A model generated the notes under the pieces. That model searched no databases and was not told where the DNA came from. It saw nothing but the letters and a program-made list of their open reading frames with translations. The translations under genes were made by a program, and so were the position numbers. From Squalus acanthias (lineage: Eukaryota): a DNA stretch of 64,000 nt. The stretch spans positions 45,696,001 to 45,760,000 of the forward strand of contig CM059432.1 of assembly GCA_030390025.1 (NCBI GenBank), read 5' to 3'. Positions 22,879 through 34,994 of this stretch are shown here, in pieces; position 1 is the stretch's first letter, and every line of letters starts with the position of its first letter.

Positions 22879-23068
22879 ATTAAATCATGCATTTCTTGCT
22901 TTTATAGTCTGATGGGGTTGGTGTGAATCTAGACTTATGAATATCAGCATTGACATAATATATTTTGCATTCAGCTGGTATTTTTTGAGATATTAAAATA
23001 TCAGTGTCTTCAATCATGGTTGTACAGTTGGATCGCTATAGACTGAATTACAATATGTCTGTACTCAC

Positions 23069-23272
23069 CAGTGGAAGACTGGAAAGCTATTAATCCCTGT
23101 CCATAGTCCGATTCACTTTCAGGTATTCCCCTTCTAGGTGTAAAGTTGTCGTCTGGTTGACATATAGCAGTCTGAGGCAAATTATCTTCTTCACTGGGTG
23201 CAACTAAAGATGGTGTGTACAATTCTTCTTCTTGACATTTCATACTAGACAGTACATTTTCATCTGTGTTAC
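23069..23272 (-). CDS. RIPK2: RIPK2 coding exon 10 (linker)
   Basis: gcatag|GT AAC ACA ... TCC ACT G|gtgagt; 204 nt, phase 1-1, open; an alternative in-frame acceptor would start the exon at 23263. Confidence 0.72.
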
Positions 23273-23321
23273 CTATGCAGGAACATCCATAAGATACAGG
23301 TAAGCATTATGGGCACAGATT

Positions 23322-25860
23322 AACATAGAATCATAGAACAGTACAGCACAGAAGGAGGCCATTGAGCCCAACAAGTCTGCACCAGCTCTGTCGAAGAGCA
23401 ATCCAGCAATCCCCTGCTCTTTCCCCATATCCCTGCAATTTTTTTCTCCTTCAAGTATTTATCCAATTCCCATTTGAAGGCTATGATTGAATCTGTATCC
23501 ACCACCCCTATCAGGCAGTGCATTTTAAATCCTAATCACTCATTGTGTAAAAAAGGTTTTCTTCATGTCGCCTCTGGCTCTTTTGCCAATCACCTTAAAT
23601 CTGTGCCCTCTCATTATCGACCCTTCAGCCATTGGAAACAGTTTCTCTTTATTTACTCTATCTAAATCCTTCATGATTTTAAACACCTCTATCAAATCTC
23701 CTCTTAGCCTTCTCTGCTCCAAGGAGTACAACCCCAGCTTCTCTAGTCTAGCCACGTAACTGTAATCCCTCATCCCAGGAACCATTCTAATAGATCTCTT
23801 CTGTACCCTCTCCAAAGCCTTTACATCCTTCCTAAAGTGTGGGGCCCAGAATTGGACACAATACTCCAGCTGGGGCCAAACTAATGTTTTATAAAGGTTT
23901 AGCATAACTTCCTGGCTTTTGTACTCCATGCCTCTAGGATCCCATATGCTTTATTAACTGCTTTGTTAACCTGTCCTGCTACCTTTGAAAGATTTGTGCA
24001 CCTTAGGTCTCTCTGTTCTTGCACCCTCTTTAAAATCATACTATTTAGTGTTTTTGGTCTCTCCTCATTCTTCCTACCAAATGTATCACCTCACACTTCT
24101 CTGTGTTGAATTTCATCTGCTATGTGTCTGCCCAGCCCACCAGCCTGTCTATGTCTTCTTGAAGTCTATCACTATCTTCCTCACTGTTTACTACACTTCC
24201 AAGTTTCGTGTCACCTGCAAATTTTTAAATTGTGCCCGGTACCTCCAAGTTCAATTCATTAATGTATATCAAAAACAGCAGTGGTCCTAGTACTGAACTT
24301 TGGAACGCCACTGTATACCTCCCTCCAGTCCAAAAAACAGCCATTTACCACAACTGTGTTTTCTATCCCTTAGCCAATTTTGTATCCATGCTGCTACTGC
24401 CCCTTTTATTCCATAGGCTTCAATTTTGCTAACACGCCTTCATATGTGGTACTTTATCAAACGTCTTTTAAAAGTCCGTATACACAACATCAACTGCACT
24501 GCCCTCATCCACACTCACACACACACACTCACCAAAAAACTCAATCAAGTTAGTCAAACACGATTTGCTCTTAACAAATCCGTGCTGGCTCTCCTTTATT
24601 GTAGAGCTATATCATGCTTGTCCTAGTGGCTGTTAATTTTCTCCTGGATTATTGTTTCTAAAATCTTCCCCACCTGACTGGCCTGTAATTGCCAGGTTTA
24701 TCCTTCTCCCCCTTTTTGAACAAGGGTGTAACATTTGCAAATCCTCCAGTCGTCTGGCACCTCCCCTGTATCTAAGGAGGATTGGAAGATTGTGGCCAGC
24801 ACCTCCGCAATTTCTACCCTTCCTTCACTCAGCAGCCTAAGATGCATCCCATCCGGACCGGGTCACTTATCCACATTAATTACTGCCAGCCTGTCTTGTA
24901 CCTCCGCTTTATCTATTTTTATCTCATCCAGTATCCCAGCAACCTCCTCATTTACCATAACTTTGGCAAAGTCCTCTTCCTTGGTTAACAGCGATGCGAA
25001 GTACAGTAAATTCTTGTTTAAACGGCACTTAATCATCCGGAATTCTTTAATAACCGGCAAAATAGATAACCGGTAATCTTGCTGAATCCATCCAGCACAC
25101 GTTTTGCCGAGTCCGAGTCTCCCGCGGTGGCCGAGTTAGTCAGTGGTTTTTATTTTTGTTTGTGTTAAAAATTGCCTTGGTAGGTATACCTCTCTGTTAT
25201 CCAGAATTTATCATCAACCGGCACCATCCTGGTCCCGTAGGTGCCGGATAAGAAAGAGTTCACTGTACTCATTTAGCACCTCAGCCATGCCTTCTGCCTC
25301 CACAACTTGTTCTCCATTTTTGTCCCTAATCGGCCCCACCACTCCTCTGACAACCCTTTTACTGTTAATATGCCTATAGAAGACCTTATAGTATTCTTGT
25401 ACTGTCTCTTTGCCTCTTTATTTCCTTTTTCATTCTCCTCTGTACTTTTTATATTCAGCTTGATTCTTCCTTGTATTATCAAGCTGAAATCTGTCATACG
25501 CCCCCTTTTTCTGCTTCATCCTACTCTCCAAGTACTTTGTCATCCGGGGAGTTCTGGCTCTGGTTGCCCTCCCTTTCCCTCTTGTAGAATTGTACCTACA
25601 CTGTACCCGAACCATCTCCTCTTTAATGGCCGCCCATTGCTCCATTAAATTTTTGCCTGCCAGTCTTTGACTCCAATTTACCCGGGCCAGATCCCTCCTC
25701 ATATCGCTGAAATTAGCCCTCTTCCAGTTAAGTATTTTTATTCCAGATTGCTCCTTATCCTCTTTTTTGAGCCAGGTCTCTGTTATCGTCACTACATCAT
25801 ATTCCCACATGGCTATTTGCACCTACAGCTCACCAACCTTATTAACCAGACTTCATGCAT
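23322..25860 (-). mobile_element. degraded CR1 LINE (HER1-type tail)
   Basis: PQLEYCVQFWAPHFRKD...RRLRGDLIE, WKRANF, YDVVTITETWL; many stops, frameshifts and deletions. Confidence 0.88.
25004..25265. mobile_element. pogo/Tigger-like MITE (TA TSD) inside the CR1
   Basis: TA|CAGTAAATTCTTGTTTAAACGGCAC ... GTGCCGGATAAGAAAGAGTTCACTG|TA. Confidence 0.8.
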
Positions 25861-25861
25861 T

Positions 25862-27112
25862 TAAAAAAATTGTTCCTGGGATGTGGGCATCGCTGGCAAG
25901 GCCAGCCATTTATTGCCCATCCCTAATTGCCCTTGAGAAGGTGGTGGTGAGACGGCTTCTTGAACTGCTGCAGTCCGTGTGGTGAAGGTACTCCCACAGT
26001 GCTGTTAGGGAGGGAGTTCCATGATTTTGACCCAGTGACAATGAAGGAACGGCGATATATTTCCAAGTCAGGGTGGTGTGTGACTTGGAGGGGAACGTGC
26101 AGGTGATGGAGTTCCCATGTGCTTGCTGCCCTTGTTCTTCTAAGTGGTAGAGGTCGCGGGTTTGGGAGGTGCTGTCGAAGAAGACTTGGCGAGTTGCTGC
26201 AGTACATCTTGGAGATGGTACACACTGCAGCCATGGTGCGCCGGTGATGGAGGGAGTGAATGTTTAAGGTGGTGGATGGGGTGCCAATCAAGCGGGCTGC
26301 TTTGTCTTGGATGGTGTCGAGCTTCTTGAGTGCTGTTGGAGCTGCACTCATCCAGGCAAGTGGAGAGTATTCCATCACACTCCTGACTTGTGCCTTGTAG
26401 ATGGTGAAAAGGCTTTGGGGAGTCAAGAGGTGAGACACTCGTCACAGAATACCCAGCCTCTGACCTGCTCTTGTAGCTACAGTATTTATGTGGCTGGTCC
26501 ACTTAATTTTCTGGTCAATGATGACCCCCAGGATGTTGATGGTGGGGGATTAGATGATGGTAATGCCGTTGAATGTCAAGGGGCGGTGGTTAGACGCTCT
26601 CTTATTGGAGATAGTCAATGTCTGGCACATGTGTGGCACGAATGTTACTTGCCACTTATCAGCCCAAGCCTTGAATGTCGTCCAGGTCTTGCTGCAAGCG
26701 GGCATGGACTGCTTCATTGAGGAGTTGTGAATGGAACTAAACACTGTGCAATCATCAGCGTTCATCCCCACTTCTGACCTTATGATGGAGGGAAGGCCAT
26801 TAATGAAGCAGCTGAAGATGGTTGGGCCTAGGACACTGCCCTGAGGAACTCCTTCAGTGATGTCCTGGGGCTGAGATGATTGGCCTCCAACAATCACAAC
26901 CATCTTCCTTTTTGCTAGGTATGACACCAGCCAATGGTGAGTTTTCCCCCTGATTCCCATTGACTTCAATTTTACTAAGGCTCCTTGATGCCACACTCAG
27001 TCAACTGCTGCCTTGATGTCAAGGGCAGTCACTCTCACCTCACCTCTGGAATTCAGCTGTTTTGTCCATGTTTGGACCAAGGCTGTAATGAGGTCTGGAG
27101 TCGAGTGGTCCT
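25862..27112 (-). mobile_element. family B LINE, 5'-truncated
   Basis: WHQGALVKLKSMG...[10 protein letters not shown]...ADDCT; YKAQVRSVMEYSP; same tail as the 10563 copy. Confidence 0.88.
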
Positions 27113-27116
27113 GCTC

Positions 27117-27446
27117 TCATGCAGTCTCAGTGTGATGAGACCCAAGCTCAGACCACTATCATGCAGTCTCAGCTTGATGAGACCCAAGCTCAGACCACTG
27201 TCATGCATTCTCAATGTGATGAGACCCAAGGTCAGACCACTATCATGCAGTCTCAGCTTGATGAGACCCAAGCTCAGACCACTGTCATGCAGTCTCAATG
27301 TGATGAGACCCAAGCTCAGACCACTATCATGCAGTCTCAGCGTGATGAGACCCAAGCTCAGACCACTATCATGCAGTCTCAGTGTGATGAGACCCAAGCT
27401 CAGACCACTGTCATGCAGTCTCAGCGTGATGCCACCTAAGCTCCGA
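27117..27446. repeat. 42-bp minisatellite, 7 full units plus 1 partial
   Basis: Unit tcatgcagtctcagtgtgatgagacccaagctcagaccacta starting at 27117, 27159, 27201 ... 27411. Confidence 0.95.
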
Positions 27447-27469
27447 GTGCTGCCATGGGACACCCGCTC

Positions 27470-28892
27470 CGACGTGTACTGGAGGGCTCCTCTCGAGCGG
27501 TCAAGTCAGCGGAACCGTTGCTTCAGTAGCCCGATTGGTCTGCTCGATGATGTTTCTGGTGGGAGCATGGCTCTTATTACGAGTGCTGGGCAGGAGTGGT
27601 GGGATTGTGGAGAGGAGGCATGAGCCAGGTGTAGAGTGGATAGCCTTTGTCTCCAAGCAGCCACCCTCCAGTTTGCTGTGATGGCTGGAAGATTGCTGGC
27701 ATAGCGGACTGACGCAGGATGAAGGCATCATGGCTGCTACCAGGATAGCGGGCATTGACCATCAGGAATCTCAGGGCATGATCGCACACCAACTGCACAT
27801 TAAGTGAGTGGCAGCCTTTGCGGTTACAGAAGATCTCAGGATTGTTATACGGCGACCACAAAGCCATGTGGGTGTAGTCGATGGCGCCCTGCACCATGGG
27901 GAAACCCACTATCCTGGCAAAGCCACATGCGTGCTCTTCCTGCTTCTCTCTGCTCAGAGAGAAGACAACATAGTCCCTTCTCCTGGTGTAGAGAGCCTCA
28001 GCGACCTCCCGGATGCAGCGATGGCTGGCAAACTGGGAGATGTTAGCTACGTCTCCTGCTGCAGACTGGAAGGATCCGCTGGCGAAGAAATTGAGCCACG
28101 GTGACCTTGAGGGCCACTGAAAGAGCTGTGGACACCCTGCTCTGAGGCTGCAGGTCTGGTTGCAGGAGGTGGCAGAGTTGTGTGACCACCTCCTTGGTGA
28201 AGCAGAGCCTCCTAATACACTGCTCTTCGCTTAAATGGATATAAGAGAAGTGCTCTCTGAAGACCCTAGGTGGGTAAGGCCTATTCGAGAGCCCTTTTGG
28301 CCTTCCTCCTCCTCCCTTTGCACGCATCTTCTCGTCTTCTTAGCTGCCTCCGCTTCTTCTCCCAAAGATCCTGGAGCGCGAGGTGGACTGCCAGTACAGC
28401 CCCCATGATTGTGAGCAAGTGTTGTGAGCAGAAGCCTTGAAATAATAATGAAGGCGTTCTCCACTTGCAACAACACTCCCTGTCACCTTAGGAACTTGAA
28501 AGAAGTTAATAAAGCTGCTGGAGTTGCAGAAAGTTGCACAGAGCCAGTCAAACTGAAGAAACATGTCAGGTGCAAGTTGTTGCTGATGATCCCTTTAAAT
28601 ACAGCTGCTGGAGCCTCCTTCCTGCTGGTCAACGCTTGCTCAGCTCATCGTAATTAAGGCATGCCGGTAAGTGGAGCGACGATGTCCAAACTCACAGATC
28701 AGGTGTCAATTGAGCATTGCACACTCACCGACGCACGATCTGCTTCATTTCAATGATTTCCGCGTTCGTTTCTATCAGCAGCACTGCCAGCCACCCCAAA
28801 ATGGCGGTCGCCGCGGGACCCGCCATCAGTTGACCATTTTTTCACCAGATTATGGCATTAAGGGTGGCAATAAGCCACCCAGTTTCTAGGCC
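27470..28892 (-). pseudogene. decayed Harbinger transposase with its upstream terminus
   Basis: ATGGGGGCT start at 28406; RPYPPRVFREHFSY, GFPMVQGAIDYTH, PGSSHDAFILRQS and WLLGDKGY in shifted frames; TIR-like agtttctaggcc ending at 28892. Confidence 0.88.
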
Positions 28893-29241
28893 ATGATTTT
28901 TACCAGAGACTGATGAAACAAAAAAAAACTTTAGATCCCTCTCCCCTTGTTCTACTTCTTTCTCCATTTCCCCCTCAAGCTTCACCATCTCCTCATTAAC
29001 TTCACCCCCTTCACCACCACCACCATCAACTTCATTTAGTACGTGGAACCTGTTCTCTGTTCCCTGCGTCACTTTACTGATCTTCCCACCTCTCTTACCA
29101 TTTCTTAATGTAATCCACTTACGGCCTCTTCTTTGTTTATAATTTCTCTAACAGGCACCTCATGCTGTCCCACCTCTGTATCTGTTTCACTTACCGAGTT
29201 TAATATCAGCCACACAACATCAATAAATTACTCTCACTTAC

Positions 29242-29407
29242 TGATATCCTTGCACACATCAACGCTGCTTTCCGATACTGTGGGCATAATGTTGTATGGA
29301 GATATCGAGGGAGCTGTTGGCGACAGCTGATGGAGCACTACTGTTGACTGCCGAAAGGGGAGATCTTCCTGATGTGAGGATAAGGTACGTGGACCTAGAT
29401 TCATTGC
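29242..29407 (-). CDS. RIPK2: RIPK2 coding exon 9 (linker)
   Basis: ctacag|GCA ATG AAT ... GAT ATC A|gtaagt; 166 nt, phase 0-1, open, Ser/Pro-rich; phases join exon 8 to exon 10. Confidence 0.7.
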
Positions 29408-30348
29408 CTGTAGCACAACAGAATCAAATTAAGCAGGAAAAGAGAGAGAGAAAAATACAGCAATTTATACAGATATCAAATTATTTCAAAATTAGGAGAG
29501 AGATTGAAATGTTTGAAGTTTACAAACAATATCTACCAATTACGGTAATTTTACATGACAGTGCTAGTGTCTCTGATAGCAACTGCTACCTTTGTTATCT
29601 GACCATGGGCAGGCCAAGCCAGATATACACATTTGTGGCCGTTTCTCTGTTGTTCAATGCTGTAGAATCCACCCCATATCATACACAGGCAGGGGGCATG
29701 CCACAGCACGGGAGACAAAGAGACGATAGAAATGCTTCTTTTTGAAGCAGCTCTGTAATTTAAAGAAGTCATAATGTTCCAAAAGGTTTGTCACAAAACA
29801 AAAGAGAAGTGCAGTGAACACAAAATATTGAAGGTCAATAAATCCATTTGAAATGCACTACTGCTTGGACAGAACATAATACTCGGCACTACAATAAAAA
29901 AAAACTGCTTCCCTTTCAATGAAATTACTGTGGATATTGCACCCTTTTGGGCAAATACTAGTTTGCTTCCCTGGTTGTGCACCAACTGCACTTGAGAGCG
30001 GGCAACAACTTAATTCTGGCCTGTATCAATGGCACTCTTAACTAGCGAGGATGAACAGCAACCTAGGGATAATTCTACATCCAGTTTTCCCTCACTCATG
30101 AAAGAAGCATAACGTCTTCACTCAGAAACTCACTACAGCTACACAGATGAGATTGAGGGCCAAACACGGGAAAATCGAATCTGTATTTTACCACACAAAG
30201 GCATTATTCATTAATAGTCCAATGTCATAAGCTATTGCACTTTCAATATTTCATTTATCTAGTGTACATCACATTTCCAAACAGCTTTTTATGACCTATG
30301 AACATATCTCCTCCTTCTTAGGCAGTCTCTCGGAACTGAGGATGACAT

Positions 30349-33110
30349 ATGAACATACGAACCATGATAGACAGAACAATGGTCCATCGAGCCTGTCCCA
30401 CACAATTGCGATACCTTGTGTATCACAATATATACTCTCCCCCCCCACCCAAAACCATGTGATCTCCTGGGAGAGGCAAAAAAAGATTTTAAAAAACCCA
30501 GGCCAATTTGGGGAAAGAAATCTGGGAAATTCCTCTCCGACCCATCTAGGCGATCGTAAACTAGTCCAGGAGATCACTCTGGCCCTGAATTCCCTGCAGT
30601 ACGAACCTTCTGTAAGAGGTGATCTCCACCCCAACCAGAAACAGGTCCAGCTCTCGCTTGAAGGAATTCAGCGAGTCCGCGTCCACCACACGTGACGGCA
30701 GCCTGTTCCAGAGATCCACTATTCTCTGGGAAAAGGACCATCTCCTGACATCTAACCTAGATCTGGCCTTATACAACTTAAATTTGTGATAAAATGGTCC
30801 TCCCTAACCTATTTAATTGGAACAAACTGTCAGCGGGAACACAATCTATTCCCTTCATTATCTTATAAACCTCAATCAGATCACCTCTAAGTCTACGCTT
30901 CTCTAAATTGTAGAGTCCCAACTCTTTTAGCCTATCTTGATAATTAGGATGCTTTAAACTGGGTATTAGTCGAGTGGCCCTCCTCTGTACACTTTCCAAA
31001 GCCTCAATATCACCCACCATGTGAGGAGACCAAAACTAGACACAGTATTCCAAGTGCGGCCTGACCAAGGTCTTGTACAAGGAAAAAATAGTATGCCTCA
31101 GCTTGTACTCAATTGTCCTGGATACACTCCAACACCCTATTTGATCTAGTTATCGCTTCATGGCATTACTTATGTACCTTTAAAGATGTATGCACTAGAA
31201 TCCCAAATCTCTTTCTATCTCCACCTTCTTTAATGCTTTTCCCTGAAGGGTGTATGAATGTTGAGCATTTGCCCTGCCCACATCCATAACACTGCACTTA
31301 TCCAACTTATACATCATTGGCCAGTCATGAGCCCAATCACCCAACACATTAAGATCTGCCTGAAGCAGACTAGCATCACACAGATCTTAGTATCATCTGC
31401 AAATGTTCAGATCGTGTCCCAAACACCTACATCCAGATCATTAATAAAAATAGTAAGGAGCAACAGTTCCAACACTGATCCCTGTGGGACACCACTGGTG
31501 ACCGGTCTCCAAACAAATCCAATTCCATCTATAACTATTTTTTGCCTACCTCCTGCCAGCCAGCCAGCCAATTCAGCTCAATATATGACCACTAATACCA
31601 AAGGCTTCGATCTTAGAGAAGCCTCTTGTGCGGTACCTTATCAAAAGCTTTTTGGAAATCTAAGTAGACAATTTCTACTGGACTTCCCTCATCTACCAAT
31701 CTTGTAGCTGCTTCAAAAAATACAAGTAGATTTGTAAGACATAACCTCCTTTTTATGAAGCCATGTTGGGTGTCCCTAATATTCCCCTCCTTGTCCAAGC
31801 ATTAATATATTGCATCCTTCAAGCATCTTACCTATTACTGATGTTAAACTAATGGCCTAGTTTCCTGGATCCGTCTCGTTAGCTTTTTTAAAGATGGGGA
31901 CTACATTAGCCTCCTTCCAGTCTACAGGAACCATTCCAGAGTGCAGAATTCCGATCCCTACGGGTGTGTATGCGCTGTGTACTCACCCGTAGGGACATCG
32001 GAAATGCCGGTTTTAAGCATGCACTGTGCATGCGCTGGAAACCGGCATTTCCGATCTGTCAAGAAAGCTCTTGACAGATCCTCCGGCTGCCCGGGAGAAG
32101 GGCCTCTGCGGGTGGAGAGTTCCGTTTTTTGGAGACCCTCCGCCCGCAGAAAACACTTACAATTCTTGCGCCTGGTAAAAGCAGGCGTAAGGCCTGCTTT
32201 TATCAGGATAAGAGTTGAAAAAAGTTTAAAAAAAAATTTCCACTGATTTATCATTTAAAAATACTTTAAAGAAAGGTAAGTTTATTTTTAGCCCCGTTAA
32301 AAAGTTTAATTATTTTTATCAAAAAATAAAATTTTTGTTTAAAATACTTAATTTATTATAATTTAAAGTCATTTTAAAAATGTGATGTTTTTTTAAATTT
32401 ATTTAAAGTTTTACTATGTTTTGGGGGTGATCTCTATTCATATATTTGACAGGAAGACCTGTATGAAGGGAGATTCCCTTCTCTGATTGGCTCCCCATGG
32501 CCCACGTGATCCCAGGAACGCTGCGAACTACCTGCGCCTCTGGGATACGTGGGCCCTGCGCACCGGCAGTTTGGAGAGGCCCAGCAGCGGAACTCTGCGC
32601 CTCCCGGGAGCCCTCCAGTCTTGGCGCAGATTTTTCCAGATCGCAGCCCTCCGCCCGCGGGAGGCCTGCGATCGGAATTTCTGGGCCATTAAAAATATAG
32701 ACTAGGAGCTCGCACAGCTCATGCCCCATCTCCCTGAGCACCATTGGGTGGATATCATCCAGCCCAGCTGCTCTATCTATTTTCAAGTTCTTAATTCTTT
32801 CTAAAACAATATGTTCATCTATATTACTAGTTTTGTTAGTAACATTATTAAATTCCCGTAGTTGAGCATCATCTTCAAGGGTGAAGACCGATGCAAAGTA
32901 CTCATTTAATATTTCCGGCATACCCAATGAGTCCTTTGTAACCTGTCTTTGAACATCCTTCAATGGCCCGATACAGTCTTTGTCAGTTCTCTGACTCTTC
33001 ACATAACTGAAAAAGCTTTTCCCATTACTTCCAGTTGTCAACAATCCTTTTTTCCATTAGCCTTCTATTCCTACTATTGCAGCTTATATAATACAAACAA
33101 AACATTGCAA
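30349..33110 (-). mobile_element. old CR1 LINE, split by a MITE
   Basis: LESVQRRATRLIP, YLDFQKAFDKVPH, EILNEYFASVFT fragments. Confidence 0.85.
31945..32687. mobile_element. MITE of the AWT-target family, opposite orientation to the 22175 copy
   Basis: Right end tcggaatttctgggcc|ATT; left TIR eroded; interrupts the CR1 ORF at LVYIFN. Confidence 0.75.
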
Positions 33111-33129
33111 CTGGACTAACTGCTTCCTC

Positions 33130-33720
33130 TATATTAAGGTTTTCTCTCATCTGAGAGAGACAAGGCCCACGGCAGCACCTGTCCATTTCCCTTGCCTCTT
33201 CTCTCGTCTCTCTTCTCTGCTTTTTGACGATGACATGGCCCCTCTTGTCCTCACCTTCTATTACCTAGCCTTGTTCATTTATACTTATCTCCAACATAAT
33301 TTCACTACAAACTACATCTTTCCCTCCATTCCCTCTTTAACTTTACAGAGGGACTGTTTCTCTGCAATTCCCTCATTGTCCCTTGTTACCTGGTCCACCC
33401 TGACATTTTTCCACGTACCCATTGTTTCTCCCCACACTACTGTCACACCCTTCCCCGTGAGACAGCAATTTAAATGTACTTCCTCTAATTCAGCATACTG
33501 TATTTGCTGCTTGTGGTGTGGCCTCCTCTAAATTGGGGAACCGCTTTGCTTAACATCTCTATTATGTCTGTAGGCATGATCCTGGCCTCCATGTGGCTCA
33601 GCACTTCAATTCTCCCTTTCACTGTTATCTGATTTTTCTGTCCTGAATGTAAACCAAGAATAGTACCTTATCTTCCTCTGGGCACCTTGCAACCCTCTGG
33701 TCTGAGCAATGGCTTTAGTG
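33130..33720 (+). mobile_element. highly decayed Penelope fragment
   Basis: Resembles the reverse complement of 50600-51400 (cccttgtcctcaccttc; VRQQFKCTSSNSAYCICC versus VKQRFTCTS..LVYCIRC). Confidence 0.6.
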
Positions 33721-34368
33721 ACATCACATTGGCCAAAGTAATTTTCAACTTCACTGCCATTACATAACACACCTGATTTTCTTTTCATTGAAATTGAGTT
33801 CCGTAAAGGGCGGCGACCCGCTCCGCCAGGATATTGCCCAAGCAGCAGAGTTGAAAATGACCCCCGCTGTCTCCTTCATTGTCCTACCAGTTTCTCCCAT
33901 TCACATTCCACTCCCTTTTGAACTTTTGTCATTCTAATGCATTTTTACAGTCTGTCTCAGATCAACACATTTTCACCTTGTTCCAACATTCCAGTCTGAT
34001 TTCTTAATCCATCATCTGCAGATATTAGAGTAAATGTTGTAAATTTGCGATCCCAATGCAGTGCTTTTCATGCCAGGAGCACATATTAGGAATTTGGGTG
34101 GATTTTCAGCTATTATTTTCACATGACTCTGTACTGAGCGTTGGCAGATTTCTGATCTAGTTGTGGGAAGGTATGAATGGCCATTAAGCATAATGCTGTC
34201 TTCACCGCAGACGTCCTGGAACATACTCAAGGAATGGAACTGCCTTAAAAAATACCCCAGCACAAAACTTTACAGTGACCTTAACCTTGAATTTGATGTC
34301 AAGGATAAATTAAACAAGGAGGATTTTTTTTGGAGTAAGTAGTTGAAGTCAAGGCCATTGTCGGATCT

Positions 34369-34990
34369 ATCCCGGGGATGAGGGGGTGGTCATATGAGGA
34401 GAGGTTGGGTAGATTGGGACTCTACTCATTGGAGTTCAGAAGAATGAGAGGCGATCTTATTGAAACATATAAGATTGTGAAGGGGTTGGATCGGGTGGAT
34501 GCGGGGAGGATGTTCCCGATGACGGGTGAGACTAGAACTAGGGGACATAGTCTTAGAATAAGGGGCTGCTCTTTCAAAACTGAGATGAGGAGGAACTACT
34601 TCACTCAGAGGGTGGTAGGTCCATGGAATATGCTGCCACAAAAAGCTGTAGAAGCTACATCATTAAATAAATTTAAAACAGAAATAGACAGTTTCCTAGA
34701 AGTAAAGGGCATTAAGGGTTACGGGGAGCGGGCAGGAATTTGGACATGAGTCTAGGTTCGGATCGGTCATGGCCCTGTGGGTAGTGGAGCGGGCCCAGGG
34801 ACCGTGTAGCCTGATTCTGCTCCTATTTCGTGTGTGCAATTCTGTTAGATGCAGGAGATGGTTCTGTGATAGATAGTAGATTGGCGGTTAGGATCAGATC
34901 AGCCATGATCTTATTGAATGGTGGAGCAGGCTCGAGGGGCCGATTGGCCTACTCCTGCTCCTATTTCTTATGTTCTTATGTTCTTATTCT
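34369..34990 (+). mobile_element. CR1 3' end (left arm of the palindrome)
   Basis: MRGWSYEERLGRLGLYSLEFRRMRGDLIE...; double 3' tail ending (ttcttatg)n. Confidence 0.92.
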
Positions 34991-34994
34991 TGAC

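Noticed and set aside
27117..27446. CRISPR array
   Set aside because: Units are contiguous 42-bp repeats with no unique spacers, there are no cas genes, and the context is vertebrate.
26985..27623. 212-aa ORF and overlapping repeat ORFs as real proteins
   Set aside because: They are open only because the minisatellite unit is a stop-free multiple of three; the flanks are LINE and transposase antisense sequence.
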